Assembly (NCBI GenBank): GCA_018826075.1 | Contig: JAHKAJ010000012.1 | Location: 1 to 61,831, forward strand | Source: Candidatus Omnitrophota bacterium | GTDB lineage: Bacteria; Omnitrophota; Gorgyraeia; Duberdicusellales; 4484-171 | Reading direction: 5' to 3' | Length of the DNA stretch: 61,831 nt | Position numbers and translations under genes: made by a program | Shown here: positions 39,043 through 50,101 of the stretch, in pieces | Numbering within the stretch: position 1 is the first letter of the stretch | Layout of the letters: each line of letters starts with the position of its first letter | The notes under the pieces: generated by a model | What the model was told of the DNA's origin: nothing | Databases searched by the model: none | What the model saw: only the letters and a program-made list of their open reading frames with translations

Positions 39043-40281
39043 ATGAATAGGAAAAAATCATTACATATCGTAATCGCAGGCTGTGGTTTTAGTTTTCCTT
39101 TAGGCGAAGCTTTGACTAGCCGCGTTCGTCTCTTAGCCTCAGCTTTGGATAAAAACGGTGCTTCAGTCAGAGTGTTGCACTTTAATTATTCCGAAAGGCC
39201 GCCGCAGATTAATAATTTAGAAACCAAGGGTGCATACAAGGGAATTGATTTCGAATATACAACTGGCAATACGATCAGGCCATCATTTTTTATCAGCCGG
39301 TGTTGGTTACAAATAAAAGGGTTGCTTTTCGGCTTGTGGCGTCTAAGGCAACTATCTCATCACGGCCAGCTAGATTGTCTATGTCTTTATGGAAGAAGAC
39401 ATAGGATTATCATCCCGATAATTTTTATTTGCCGCCTGCTTAGGGTACCGGTTATATTAGACTTATGTGAATGGTGGCCAGTTTTTACCAATTGCTCACG
39501 ACGCGAGAAAGCCATATTTTTTAAATACATCTTGGAGAAAGTAAGCGGAGTCATAACTATTTCAGAACACATCCGGGAGAAGCTCAAAATAATTTATGGG
39601 AAGAAAGGTATAAACATGCCGATTCTAAAAGTTCCCATCCTGGTCGATAGTGTTGAATGGCAATTACCTCCCAGTCAAAGCGATGACGATTCCCAAAAAT
39701 ACGTTCTTTGGTGCGGCAGTTTATCCGGCTATCCTCAGACGGTTAAGTTTTTAATGCGAGTTATGCTTGAGCTTTCCAATAGAAAGGGCGAGGCAAAACT
39801 TAAATTAGTAGGAGCGATCACCCCTTTTCAAATTAAGCAATTTCGCAATTATCAGCGTAATCTGGGTTTGACAGAGCAGAGAGTTGAGTTTGTGGGATAC
39901 AAACGACAAGAGGAATTGAAGCAACAATTTAGTGCTGCAACAGCGCTGCTCGTACCAGTAGGTAATACAGAGCGCGAGCTGTGTGGATTTCATACCAAGA
40001 CAGGAGAATACCTTGCATCGGGGTGTCCAATTGTGACTACCAACATAGGAGAACCAGCAAATTATTTTAAAAATGGGGTAAATGCTATGTTGTGTAAACC
40101 AGAGGATGCAAAAGATTTTGCCCATAATATCCAATTACTGCTCGATTCACCGCAACGCGCGAAAGCCATTGGTGAAGCCGGGCAGGAATTAGCTAAAACT
40201 GTTTTTGACTATAGAATACACGGCCCACGGATAATAAACTTTATTCGTCAAGAAATAATAGTTAAAAAATGCAGCTATTAA
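39043..40281 (+). CDS. GT4 glycosyltransferase
   Basis: DLCEW, WCGSL, KTGEYLASGCPIVTTNIGE. Confidence 0.85.
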   Translation: MNRKKSLHIVIAGCGFSFPLGEALTSRVRLLASALDKNGASVRVLHFNYSERPPQINNLETKGAYKGIDFEYTTGNTIRPSFFISRCWLQIKGLLFGLWRLRQLSHHGQLDCLCLYGRRHRIIIPIIFICRLLRVPVILDLCEWWPVFTNCSRREKAIFFKYILEKVSGVITISEHIREKLKIIYGKKGINMPILKVPILVDSVEWQLPPSQSDDDSQKYVLWCGSLSGYPQTVKFLMRVMLELSNRKGEAKLKLVGAITPFQIKQFRNYQRNLGLTEQRVEFVGYKRQEELKQQFSAATALLVPVGNTERELCGFHTKTGEYLASGCPIVTTNIGEPANYFKNGVNAMLCKPEDAKDFAHNIQLLLDSPQRAKAIGEAGQELAKTVFDYRIHGPRIINFIRQEIIVKKCSY

Positions 40282-40309
40282 ACTTAAAAAAAGGGGGTAA
40301 TAAATAATT

Positions 40310-41347
40310 ATGAAGCCAACGCAAAGTTTATTGATTACCGGCGGGACAGGTTCTTTCGGCACAAAAATGCTACAGTATCTTATTAAGCTGCCGCTGGACC
40401 AGTGTCCGGGCCGAATTGTAGTGTTGAGCCGCGACGAAGAGAAACAATTTTCTCAAAGGTGCAATTTTCCTGATCAGCGGATTAAGTATATTATTGGAGA
40501 TATCCGTGATTCAAAAACTTGTATCAGCGCTATGGAAGGGATAGATATAGTTATGCATGCAGCAGCTTTAAAACAGGTGCCGACCGGAGAGAGTTTTCCT
40601 TTAGAAATAGTAAAGACCAATGTTTTAGGGACAAATAATTTAGTAGAAGCTGCTGAAATCTGCGGAGTAAAAAAGTTTATTATTCTAAGCACCGACAAAG
40701 CAGTTTACCCGATCAATGTCTATGGCATGAGCAAGGCTTTAGCTGAAAAGATTATTGTTGCTGCTGCCGGTAAAAATTTCGCCAAAGGTAAAGGCACCAT
40801 CTATAGTGTAGTCCGTTATGGTAATATCATTGGTTCTCGCGGTTCGGTGATCCCTCTTTTTGTCAAGCAAATCAAAGAAAAGAAAGAGCTTACAGTTACC
40901 GATGCCAGCATGACCCGGTTTCTTTTCGCAAAGAGCCAAGCCATAGCTCTGGTGTTACATGTTGTAGAATCTGCTAAACAGGGCCGAATTTATGTTAAAA
41001 AATCACCGGCTTGCACTATCGATACCTTGATTAAGGCTCTGGAGTTACATTATGCTTTGAGAATAAAAAGGCGCCAGATCGGCATCCGTCCCGGAGAAAA
41101 AATACACGAAACCCTGATTACCGCTGAAGAGAACATGAGAGCCAAAGAGGAAAAGTGTGCTTTTGATAACACGCCGGTAACTACAATACGTTCCTATTTC
41201 GAATGTGAAATTGTCCCGGATATTGACGTAATCAGTCGTTATGCAAAAGCTTTCTTACCGGCTAACAGCGATTTTACCTCTAAAGATACGAAACTATTAA
41301 ATCCTAAAGAAACCTTAAGTTTATTGAAAGAAGGATATTCACTATAA
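40310..41347 (+). CDS. fnlA: UDP-GlcNAc 4,6-dehydratase/5-epimerase (FnlA/WbjB/CapE-like)
   Basis: ITGGTGSFG, SRDEEKQ, HAAALKQVP, LSTDKAVYP, RYGNIIGSRGSVIP. Confidence 0.8.
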   Translation: MKPTQSLLITGGTGSFGTKMLQYLIKLPLDQCPGRIVVLSRDEEKQFSQRCNFPDQRIKYIIGDIRDSKTCISAMEGIDIVMHAAALKQVPTGESFPLEIVKTNVLGTNNLVEAAEICGVKKFIILSTDKAVYPINVYGMSKALAEKIIVAAAGKNFAKGKGTIYSVVRYGNIIGSRGSVIPLFVKQIKEKKELTVTDASMTRFLFAKSQAIALVLHVVESAKQGRIYVKKSPACTIDTLIKALELHYALRIKRRQIGIRPGEKIHETLITAEENMRAKEEKCAFDNTPVTTIRSYFECEIVPDIDVISRYAKAFLPANSDFTSKDTKLLNPKETLSLLKEGYSL

Positions 41348-42456
41348 TGGAAAGAAAGATTGGTGTCACCGGGGCTGCGGGGTTCATCGGCCAACATCTG
41401 GTTTCGGCTTTAAAACTTACCGGGCTTGAGCCGATTATTTTTGAAGACGATATTTGTAATGCCCAGAGAGTTAGCGAGTTTGTTAGCCGTTGTTCGGTGA
41501 TATTCCATTTGGCGGCAAAGCATCGGGCTCCCGAAGAAGAAATTCTCAAGGTCAATATCGAAGGCGGAAAAAACCTGGTTTCAGCGGCCAAAGATTATGG
41601 AAATCGGCGTCTTGTCCTGATGTCCACTAATTATATATCAAGATATCCGGACAGCGCCTATTCTAAAACTAAGCTGTTTACCGAAAAGATATTTTCTGAA
41701 ATTGCCGGGGTGCATGGTTGTTCGGCAATAATATTTCGATTCCCGAATGCCTATGGGCCAGAGTCTAGGCCATTTTATAATTCGGGTGTGGCCACCTTCT
41801 GTTGGTACGAAGCAAACGGTCTAGGGGACAAAATGCCCATCTTCGGAGATGGCCGCCAAAAAACCGACTACATTGCTATAGGCAAAGTCATAGATTTTCT
41901 TATAGATTCGCAATCTTGGAAAGATGATTTTAAAAGAGTCGATGTAGCTGGAGATATTTTTTCTGTACGCGACTTAGCCGATATTATACACAACCCAAAA
42001 AAACGTAAGAAGTACCCCGCCCTAGAAGCTACATGGGAATTTTTTGCCAAACCCAGGCTATTGCCAGAGAAGCCATTGAAGGCTTACCCCGTCCACATAA
42101 ACGCTTCAGGTAGCTTTCAAGAACTTATCCATGAAGGCGAAATTACAATTGGCCAGTTGAGTTTATGTACAATTGAGGCGGCCAACCAACGCGGAGGGCA
42201 TTACCATACCCGTAAAGAAGAGTGGTTTTATCTTGTGCAAGGGAGAATGGCTTTAGATTTTTATACTAAAGAGGCAGAATATTTGCAAACCCAATTGCTC
42301 ACTACAGATTCTCCTAAATTTATCTATATCCCCCCGGGCTATCTGCATGTGGTACGTAATTTAGGCAATGAGGTTGCAAAATTTCTTATTCTCTGTAATG
42401 AGAAGTTTAACCCCGATGACGCGGATACTTATCGGGCTAAAGTTCACATTTTATAG
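41347..42456 (+). CDS. fnlB: SDR epimerase/reductase plus C-terminal cupin (FnlB/WbjC/CapF-like)
   Basis: [27 protein letters not shown], cupin RGGHYH...E...H. Confidence 0.75.
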   Translation: MERKIGVTGAAGFIGQHLVSALKLTGLEPIIFEDDICNAQRVSEFVSRCSVIFHLAAKHRAPEEEILKVNIEGGKNLVSAAKDYGNRRLVLMSTNYISRYPDSAYSKTKLFTEKIFSEIAGVHGCSAIIFRFPNAYGPESRPFYNSGVATFCWYEANGLGDKMPIFGDGRQKTDYIAIGKVIDFLIDSQSWKDDFKRVDVAGDIFSVRDLADIIHNPKKRKKYPALEATWEFFAKPRLLPEKPLKAYPVHINASGSFQELIHEGEITIGQLSLCTIEAANQRGGHYHTRKEEWFYLVQGRMALDFYTKEAEYLQTQLLTTDSPKFIYIPPGYLHVVRNLGNEVAKFLILCNEKFNPDDADTYRAKVHIL

Positions 42457-42484
42457 GTATAAACATAATTATCGGAGGTGTACT

Positions 42485-43627
42485 ATGGAAAAGCTAAAAA
42501 TAATGACGGTTGTGGGAACCCGCCCGGAGGTAATAAGGCTTTCGCGGGTCATAGCCTGTTTAGACCGCCAGGCCAATCACGTATTGGTGCATACCGGGCA
42601 GAATTATGACTATGAACTGAATGAGATCTTTTTTAAGGATCTTGAGATCCGTCCGCCCGATCATTATTTGGAAGCAGCAGGGGCCACAGCGGCTGAAACA
42701 ATCGGTAAGACTATTAGCCTAATCGATCCTTTGCTCGAACGGGAAAATCCAGCGGCCTTTTTGGTTTTAGGCGATACCAACAGTTGTTTATCGGCCATAG
42801 CTGCTAAACGCCGCAGGATACCAATTTTTCATATGGAGGCCGGTAATCGTTGCTTTGATCAACGAGTTCCCGAGGAGATTAATCGCCGGATTATCGACCA
42901 TGTCAGTGATATCAACTTACCCTACAGCAGTATCTCTCGAGAATATCTCCTTCGAGAGGGTTTGCCATCTGATCGGGTGATCAAAACCGGAAGCCCGATG
43001 CTGGAAGTTCTTACCTATTATAGTGAGCGTATCGAACAATCACAAATTCTTACTAAGCTTAAACTGAATAAGGAGAAGTATTTTATTGTTAGTGCCCATC
43101 GGGAAGAAAACGTGGATTCGCCAGTACTTTTAAACAAACTGGTCGAAGCTCTTAACGGCCTGGCTAATACTTATGGCCAGCGGGTGATTGTTTCTACGCA
43201 TCCCCGTACACGCAAAAGACTGGAAGCAAAAAATGTTTCACTGCATAAGTATGTAGAGTTAGACAAGCCGATGGGGTTTTCTGATTATTTAAAGTTGCAG
43301 AAAAATGCCCGGGCTGTTCTTTCTGACAGCGGCACGATTACCGAGGAATCATCAATACTTAATTTTCCGGCTTTGAATATCCGTCAGGCCCACGAACGGC
43401 CAGAGGGCATGGAAGAGGCAGCGGTAATAATGACTGGTTTGGATTGGAAGAACATTGAACGAGGCCTAAATGTAATTTTTTCGCAAGGACGAGGCCCTAA
43501 GCGTACATTGCGGATGGTGACTGATTACAATACGCCTAATGTTTCGGAAAAAGTGTTACGGATTATCCTGAGCTATACAGATTACGTGAATAGGATTGTT
43601 TGGCATAAAGGCGGTTATGATGGTTGA
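42485..43627 (+). CDS. fnlC: UDP-N-acetylhexosamine 2-epimerase (FnlC/WbjD/CapG-like)
   Basis: [43 protein letters not shown]. Start moved to 42485. Confidence 0.88.
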   Translation: MEKLKIMTVVGTRPEVIRLSRVIACLDRQANHVLVHTGQNYDYELNEIFFKDLEIRPPDHYLEAAGATAAETIGKTISLIDPLLERENPAAFLVLGDTNSCLSAIAAKRRRIPIFHMEAGNRCFDQRVPEEINRRIIDHVSDINLPYSSISREYLLREGLPSDRVIKTGSPMLEVLTYYSERIEQSQILTKLKLNKEKYFIVSAHREENVDSPVLLNKLVEALNGLANTYGQRVIVSTHPRTRKRLEAKNVSLHKYVELDKPMGFSDYLKLQKNARAVLSDSGTITEESSILNFPALNIRQAHERPEGMEEAAVIMTGLDWKNIERGLNVIFSQGRGPKRTLRMVTDYNTPNVSEKVLRIILSYTDYVNRIVWHKGGYDG

Positions 43628-44486
43628 GAAACCTATTTTTATTGTGGGAGTTGGCAGGAGCGGGTCAACAGCTTTTCATGAAATGCTTTCCGAGCATCCC
43701 CAGGTAACGTGGCTATCGCCATTGTGCAACCTATGTCCCCAGAATTTTTTCTTAAATAGATTACTTATGAGGGCTATTGATTGCCCCTTGGCTGGAACGT
43801 ATTTAAAAAGAAAAATTAAGAAGAGCGAAGGTTACAAATTCTGGGAATTTCATTGTAAAGGTTTTAGCGCACCCTGCAGAGATCTTTTAGCTGAAGATTT
43901 AACGGATAAGGTGAGAGCGAAAATCCAAAAAATAATGTCAGCTATGCTAACGAACAAAAGAAACCGGTTGTTGATTAAGGTTACCGGTTGGCCCAGAATA
44001 GGTTTTTTGCAGGCAATTTTTGAGGATGCGAAATTTATCCACATTGTTCGAGATGGCAGGGCTGTAGCAAATTCTATGATTAACGTCGGTTGGTGGCGTG
44101 GTTGGCAAGGTCCCGAAAGTTGGCGATGGGGCGAACTCACGCCATCTCAAAGGCAAGAATGGGAAAAATATGGTAAATCGTTCCTTGCCCTTGCCGGGAT
44201 CGAGTGGAAGATTTTAATGGATGCGATGGACAAGGCAAAGGGGTCCATCGATAGCAATAATTTCTTAGAAGTTAAATATGAAAATCTTTGTTGCGATTCC
44301 GTACAGGTACTCAAAGGTGTTTTAAAATTTTGTAATCTTGAATGGTCAGAGAAGTTCGAGAAGTCAATTAGGAGACATCCTTTAGAAAATAAAAATTACA
44401 AATGGCAAAAGGAGCTTACTAATCAACAAAGATGCATCCTCGAGGACGTTCTTGGTGATTATTTAAAAAAATATGGATATGTATAA
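43617..44486 (+). CDS. PAPS-dependent sulfotransferase
   Basis: 5'-[13 protein letters not shown], 3'-[18 protein letters not shown]. Confidence 0.88.
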   Translation: MMVEKPIFIVGVGRSGSTAFHEMLSEHPQVTWLSPLCNLCPQNFFLNRLLMRAIDCPLAGTYLKRKIKKSEGYKFWEFHCKGFSAPCRDLLAEDLTDKVRAKIQKIMSAMLTNKRNRLLIKVTGWPRIGFLQAIFEDAKFIHIVRDGRAVANSMINVGWWRGWQGPESWRWGELTPSQRQEWEKYGKSFLALAGIEWKILMDAMDKAKGSIDSNNFLEVKYENLCCDSVQVLKGVLKFCNLEWSEKFEKSIRRHPLENKNYKWQKELTNQQRCILEDVLGDYLKKYGYV

Positions 44487-44492
44487 TTTTTT

Positions 44493-45590
44493 ATGAGTGA
44501 AAATCTTGTAGCAATTTTTGTACCTTCTATGCGTGGCGGTGGTGCCGAACATGCAATGCTTAATTTGGCCATTGGCCTACAGGAACGTGGCTTAAGTGTG
44601 GATATGCTGCTTATAAGGGTCAAAGGTCCTTATTTAAGCAAGATTCCGCCACAGATAAGAGTAATAGATTTGGGGGCATTAAGGGTTTTAACTAGCCTTA
44701 GGGGGTTAGTGCGTTATCTTAAAAAAGAACAGCCAGCGAGTTTGATTTCAGCCATTGACCATGCAAATATTGTGGCTATATTGGCTAACTATCTTGCTCG
44801 AGTGAATACAAAAATTATCATTACAGTTCAAAACACGGCCTTAACAATATTGTCAAAGAAAAGAAAACTAAAGATTATAAGCATACTGCTGTTGATGAAG
44901 ATATTCTATTCTTGGGCTTACGCTGTAGTGGCGGTCTCGCGAGCCGTTGCCGACGATATGACTAATCTGGGGGTTATTGATCGAAGCCGGATCAAAGTTA
45001 TTCATAATCCAGTGATTACTCCCGAGATTAAGAGTAAAAGCAAAAGCAATATCGAACATAGATGGCTTGTCACGAGGGACAGGCCGGTTTTAGTCTCCGT
45101 AGGCAGATTAACAGCTCAGAAAGATTTTTGGACTTTATTCAAAGCCCTTAAGCTTATTTTACAACAACGGCCAATTCGCTTGATAATTTTGGGGGAAGGA
45201 GAGGAGAGAGAGAGCCTTGAAAAGTTGAGTGTTGAACTAGGCATAGAGGCAGATGTAGATATGCCGGGCTTTGTGGATAATCCTTATGCTTATATGGCAA
45301 AAGCTGACGTTTTTATCTTGTCTTCAGCCTGGGAAGGACTCCCTACAGTTTTGATAGAAGCTTTGGCTTTGGGAACACCAGTAGTAGCTGCTGATTGTCC
45401 GGGTGGTTCGCGAGAAATCCTTCAGGCCGGTCGGCTTGGCCGGCTAGTGCCCGTAGGGGATCAAAAGATGTTAGCTGAGGCTATTGTGGCGACTCTCGAT
45501 GAACCGGTCCGACCGGTAGACCCTGAGGCATTGAAGCCTTTTACTCAAGAAGCGGTCGTAGAGAAATATTTGGAGCTCCTCAAGCGATAA
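44493..45590 (+). CDS. GT4 glycosyltransferase
   Basis: GGGAE, VGRLTAQKDF, WEGLPTVLIEA. Confidence 0.92.
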   Translation: MSENLVAIFVPSMRGGGAEHAMLNLAIGLQERGLSVDMLLIRVKGPYLSKIPPQIRVIDLGALRVLTSLRGLVRYLKKEQPASLISAIDHANIVAILANYLARVNTKIIITVQNTALTILSKKRKLKIISILLLMKIFYSWAYAVVAVSRAVADDMTNLGVIDRSRIKVIHNPVITPEIKSKSKSNIEHRWLVTRDRPVLVSVGRLTAQKDFWTLFKALKLILQQRPIRLIILGEGEERESLEKLSVELGIEADVDMPGFVDNPYAYMAKADVFILSSAWEGLPTVLIEALALGTPVVAADCPGGSREILQAGRLGRLVPVGDQKMLAEAIVATLDEPVRPVDPEALKPFTQEAVVEKYLELLKR

Positions 45591-45612
45591 AAAGAGGTGG
45601 AATAATTAATTT

Positions 45613-46749
45613 TTGATGAAAATTTGCCATATCATAACTGGTTTAAATGTCGGCGGGGCCGAGATGGTATTGTACAGGCTCCTTTTGCGCTTAGATAAAG
45701 AAAGATATGAATCTTCAGTTGTTTCTTTGACTGACCTTGGGCCTGTTGGAAAAAAAATCCAAAGTTTAGGTGTGAGCGTAAAGACGCTTGGTATGCGATA
45801 CGGCATTTCCGACCTCAAGGGGTTAATTACATTAGTATCTCATTTAAAGCGCAACCGTTTCGACTTAGTACAGACTTGGATGTATCATGCTAATTTAATA
45901 GGAAGCATTGCTGTTAAGTTTTCTGGCAGAATTCCGATTATTTGGGGATTGCACCATAGCAATATAGATAAAAAAGTCGATAAATTAAGCACATTATTGG
46001 TAGCAAGGCTATGCGCTGGGCTATCTCATCGGCTTCCTGCAGCTATAGTATGTTGTTCTGAGGCGACTCGTCTAGTACACATCCAACATGGATATTGTGA
46101 AAAAAAAATAGTTGTGATTTCTAACGGGTGTGATTTGGACGAGTTTAAACCAGAGCACACTGCCCGAGAAGCTATTCTTAAAGAACTTGAGTTGTCAAAT
46201 GAAACTTTATTGATTGGCCTGGTTGCGCGGTTTCATCCCCAGAAAGATCATCAGACCTTTATTAAAGCTGCAGAATATTTGAGTAAAAATAATTCCCGGG
46301 TGCATTTTGTATTGGTTGGTAGAGATATTACACAAGAGAACCAGCAGCTTTCTCAGTGGATTGGTAAAGATACCCTAAGCAAACGTATCCATCTGCTTGG
46401 GGAGAGGGACGATATACCGCGAATAATGGCCAGTTTGGACATTCTAACTTTGTCATCATGTCATGGGGAAGGATTTCCAAACGTATTAGTAGAAGCTATG
46501 GCCTGTGGTATTCCTTGCGTGGCAACTAATGTTGGGGATTCAGCCTTTATTGTTGGTGAGACAGGGGTAGTTGTTTCTCCCGGAAACCCCAAAGCACTTA
46601 GCAATGCTTGGCAAAAGCTTCTGGAATTAAACCCCGAAAGGCGCAAACAACCTGGTTTAGCTGCGCGAGAAAGAGTCACTAATAATTTTTCACTGGATAA
46701 AACTACGCAACAGTACGAAAAGGTGTACGAAGATATTATGGCCTTATAA
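45613..46749 (+). CDS. GT4 glycosyltransferase
   Basis: GLNVGGAE, QTWMYHAN, ARFHPQKDH, EGFPNVLVEAM. Confidence 0.92.
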   Translation: MMKICHIITGLNVGGAEMVLYRLLLRLDKERYESSVVSLTDLGPVGKKIQSLGVSVKTLGMRYGISDLKGLITLVSHLKRNRFDLVQTWMYHANLIGSIAVKFSGRIPIIWGLHHSNIDKKVDKLSTLLVARLCAGLSHRLPAAIVCCSEATRLVHIQHGYCEKKIVVISNGCDLDEFKPEHTAREAILKELELSNETLLIGLVARFHPQKDHQTFIKAAEYLSKNNSRVHFVLVGRDITQENQQLSQWIGKDTLSKRIHLLGERDDIPRIMASLDILTLSSCHGEGFPNVLVEAMACGIPCVATNVGDSAFIVGETGVVVSPGNPKALSNAWQKLLELNPERRKQPGLAARERVTNNFSLDKTTQQYEKVYEDIMAL

Positions 46750-46785
46750 CAGTTTAATTTTTAATGCTCGCCGAGGAGCTTTTTT

Positions 46786-48555
46786 ATGGCAAGTATGAAA
46801 ATGAGTAAGAAAAGCTTATGTATTGTTGTAACCCATTCAATATCGCTCAATTTTTACCGCGGCCAGTTTGAGTTTTTTATTAAACATGGTTTCGATATTA
46901 CAGTGGTTTGTGATCCGCGTGGCGGTATGCAACCAACAGCAAAAAAAGCAGGGTGTAAAGTGGTCTCGCTACACATGGATAGGCCGCTAGCCTTAGTTTC
47001 AGATTTAATCTCTTTTGCAAGGCTTAATTTATTTTTTTTTCGAAATCGTTTCGATTTAGTCGAAGTCAGTACGCCCAAAGCAAGTTTATTGGCTGGAATG
47101 GCAGCCTGGATTTCTTGTCAACCGGTGATAATCTATACGCATAGGGGGGTGTATTATGAAACCCAGGCCCCCGGGCGTAAGAAACTTTTTTCTTTATTAG
47201 ATTTTCTTCTTTGCAATCTTGTAAGCCAAGTAAGATGTGTTTCTAAAGGAGTAAAAGATTACCTGTTTAGACAATTTCACATTCCTTCTGACAAAATAGT
47301 CTGTTTATTGGAAGGAAGTGATAATGGCATAGACCTTTCGCAGTGGACTCTTGTTAGTGATTTAGAAAAGCAAGGAGAGCTAATCCGGCAAAAATTAAAA
47401 ATACCGAAAAAGGATGTTGTAATCGGATATTCCGGGCGTCTAGTTAAAGATAAAGGGATTTGTGAGTTAGTCAGTGCTTTCGAGTCTTTTAGTGAGCGTT
47501 ACCGGGCGCATCTTCTTCTCGTCGGTTGCTATGAACAGCAAGATTTTGTTCCCGAAAGCATCCGGGTACGGATTAAAGACAATCCTAATATTCATTTTGT
47601 CGGGTGGCAGGATAATCCAGTGCCATACTTTGTAGCAATGAACATTTTTGCCTTGCCAAGCTATCGTGAGGGTTTTAACAACACCATAATCCAGGCTTCA
47701 GCAATGCAGCTCCCGGTGGTGACTACAGATGTATTTGGTGCCCGGGAGGCCGTTTTAGATGGGGTAACAGGTTTAGTGATTCCTAAGCGAAATGAGAAGG
47801 CTTTGATTGTTGTGCTTGAAAAGTTAATTAACGACTCTGCTTTTAGAGAAAAGCTGGGTAAAGCTGGCAGAAAACATGTTGAGCAATTATTCGATTCGCA
47901 CAAAATTTGGGCAGCAATCAAGGATAATTATGAGGGATTAATTTTAAACCGTCGATTAAAGCAAAAACGTATATTTGATTTTGTGGGAGCTTGTTTTGGT
48001 TTAGTAATATTTTTCCCGATCCTTATAGTATTTTCTCTGCTTATTTTAATTTTTATGGGCCGGCCAATATTTTTTAGACAGCAAAGGTTAGGCTACAAAC
48101 AAAGGCCTTTTGTATTATATAAATTCAGAACAATGCGTACAACATATGATTCTTGTAGTAAACTACTTCCGGATGAACAACGTCTGACTTGGTTGGGAAA
48201 GATTATAAGAAGAACTGGGCTTGATGAGATAATCGGATTTTTTAATGTTTTAAAAGGCGATATGTCTTTGGTGGGTCCCAGGCCTCTGCTTATAGAATAC
48301 TTAGAAAGATACAGCCCTGAACAAAGGAGAAGGCACGATATGCTTCCGGGAATTACCGGTTGGGCCTTGATCCATGGCCGAAATGCTATTTCCTGGGAGG
48401 AAAAGTTTAAATATGACCTCTGGTATGTGGATAATTGGAGTTTAAGGCTCGATTTAAAAATTTTGTTAATCACTATCTGGAAGATACTTAAAGGAGAAGG
48501 GTTAACTCAAAAAGGCCATGCGACAATGGAAGAATTTAAAGGAACAGGAGGCTAA
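46786..48555 (+). CDS. GT4 (PglA-like) fused to monotopic phosphoglycosyl transferase (PglC-like)
   Basis: GRLVKDKG and REGFNNTIIQA, then in-frame KRIFD, YKFRTM, GDMSLVGPRP, PGITGWA. Confidence 0.88.
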   Translation: MASMKMSKKSLCIVVTHSISLNFYRGQFEFFIKHGFDITVVCDPRGGMQPTAKKAGCKVVSLHMDRPLALVSDLISFARLNLFFFRNRFDLVEVSTPKASLLAGMAAWISCQPVIIYTHRGVYYETQAPGRKKLFSLLDFLLCNLVSQVRCVSKGVKDYLFRQFHIPSDKIVCLLEGSDNGIDLSQWTLVSDLEKQGELIRQKLKIPKKDVVIGYSGRLVKDKGICELVSAFESFSERYRAHLLLVGCYEQQDFVPESIRVRIKDNPNIHFVGWQDNPVPYFVAMNIFALPSYREGFNNTIIQASAMQLPVVTTDVFGAREAVLDGVTGLVIPKRNEKALIVVLEKLINDSAFREKLGKAGRKHVEQLFDSHKIWAAIKDNYEGLILNRRLKQKRIFDFVGACFGLVIFFPILIVFSLLILIFMGRPIFFRQQRLGYKQRPFVLYKFRTMRTTYDSCSKLLPDEQRLTWLGKIIRRTGLDEIIGFFNVLKGDMSLVGPRPLLIEYLERYSPEQRRRHDMLPGITGWALIHGRNAISWEEKFKYDLWYVDNWSLRLDLKILLITIWKILKGEGLTQKGHATMEEFKGTGG

Positions 48556-48557
48556 TT

Positions 48558-48992
48558 ATGCGGCAGAGAAAGAAACTTAATAATATACAAGCAAGGTTTA
48601 AAAGCTGGGAGTTTCCTAAGATTTATGAAGGGAAGCCAACTAAATATGGCTGGATAGTCCAGCATAAGAATAATTTTAAACTCGGTAAAGATACGGATAT
48701 CGGCAGCTTTACTTACATCAATGCAGAGAGAGGAGTGGTTGTAGGCAATAATGTTCAAGTTGGTTCTCATTGTTCTATCTATTCGGTCTCGACAATAGAT
48801 AAAAAAAGCGGTAAAGTTATCTTGGAAGAGAATTGCAAAATTGGCAGCCATAGCGTTGTAATGCCCGGAGTAAGAGTTGGCAGAAACTCTGTAATCGGAG
48901 CTTTTTCTTTTGTGAATAAAGATATTCCGGATAACACTGTTGCCTTTGGGATACCGGTAAGGATCATTAAGAGAAGGGGAAAGAAAAAATGA
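48558..48992 (+). CDS. Hexapeptide-repeat acetyltransferase
   Basis: LbH repeats (IGSHSVVMPGVRVGRNSVIGA), GIPVRI. Confidence 0.85.
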   Translation: MRQRKKLNNIQARFKSWEFPKIYEGKPTKYGWIVQHKNNFKLGKDTDIGSFTYINAERGVVVGNNVQVGSHCSIYSVSTIDKKSGKVILEENCKIGSHSVVMPGVRVGRNSVIGAFSFVNKDIPDNTVAFGIPVRIIKRRGKKK

Positions 48993-50101
48993 AGATACCA
49001 CTTTCCCGCCCTGACATTACGCAAAGAGAGATTAAGGAAGTTATCGGGGTACTTAAAACACCCTATCTTAGCCTGGGGCCGAAGCAAGCCGAATTTCAAA
49101 AGAAATTCGCCGCCTACATCGGAACAAAATATGCCGAAGTTGTAAGTAGCGGCACAGCCGGCCTCCATATTTTAATGAAAAGTTTTGGAATCGGTAAAGG
49201 TGATGAAGTAATCACAACCCCGTATAGTTTTATCGCCTCGGCTAACTGCATACTTTTTACTCAAGCCTCTCCGGTGTTTGTAGATATAGATGTGCAAACT
49301 TTTAATATCGACGCAGAGAAAATAGAAGAAAAGATTACTTCGAAAACAAAAGCTATATTGGTAGTACATGTTTTTGGAATGCCTGCCGATATGCCGAAAA
49401 TAAACAGAATAGCCAAAAAGCATGGCCTGATTGTTATCGAAGATGCCTGTGAAGCCCTAGGTGCAGGAATAAACGGGAAGAAAGTCGGCGCTTTCTCAGA
49501 TGCGGCAGTTTTTGCTTTTTATCCTAATAAACAAATAACCACTGGCGAGGGTGGAATGGTAGTTACCAATAAAAAGTCTATCGCCGATAATTGCCGAAGC
49601 CTAAAGAATCAAGGCAGAGGCCCGCAAGGCAGTTTCGTACAGTTAGGTTATAATTATCGCTTAAGCGATATTAATTGTGCCCTTGGTGTTGCCCAGCTTG
49701 CCAGAATAAATAGCAGCTTAAAGAAGCGAAAAGAAGTAGCGCAAGTTTACAAGGAACAATTAAAAAATTTCCAGGGACTTAAGCCGTTGTGTGAAAGAAA
49801 AGGTTATGAACGAAGTTGGTTTGTTTATGTTATCAAACTTAGCGATCAATTTAAACGTAACCATAAATTCAAAATGCTCAGATTGTTGGCTAAGAAAGGA
49901 ATAGAGTGCGGTGATTATTTTTCAGCCATACATCTTACACCTTTCTATCAGAAAATGTTTGGTTTTAAACGAGGCGATTTCCCGATTGCCGAGAAAATAG
50001 CCGATCGTACTCTAGCCCTTCCTTTTCATAATAAGTTAAAGAAAAAAGAGATAATCGAGGTATGTCGAGAGCTGGTAAAATTTTTAAACAAAAATGGTTG
50101 A
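48989..50101 (+). CDS. DegT/DnrJ sugar aminotransferase (PglE-like)
   Basis: SSGTAGLH, IEDACEALG, FYPNKQITTGEGG, GYNYRLSD. Confidence 0.93.
   Translation: MKIPLSRPDITQREIKEVIGVLKTPYLSLGPKQAEFQKKFAAYIGTKYAEVVSSGTAGLHILMKSFGIGKGDEVITTPYSFIASANCILFTQASPVFVDIDVQTFNIDAEKIEEKITSKTKAILVVHVFGMPADMPKINRIAKKHGLIVIEDACEALGAGINGKKVGAFSDAAVFAFYPNKQITTGEGGMVVTNKKSIADNCRSLKNQGRGPQGSFVQLGYNYRLSDINCALGVAQLARINSSLKKRKEVAQVYKEQLKNFQGLKPLCERKGYERSWFVYVIKLSDQFKRNHKFKMLRLLAKKGIECGDYFSAIHLTPFYQKMFGFKRGDFPIAEKIADRTLALPFHNKLKKKEIIEVCRELVKFLNKNG

Noticed and set aside
48552-49001. 149-aa minus-strand ORF mirroring the acetyltransferase
   Set aside because: Shadow ORF. The plus-strand gene has clear LbH repeats and operon coupling. 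The same applies to the many short antisense ORFs in the track.
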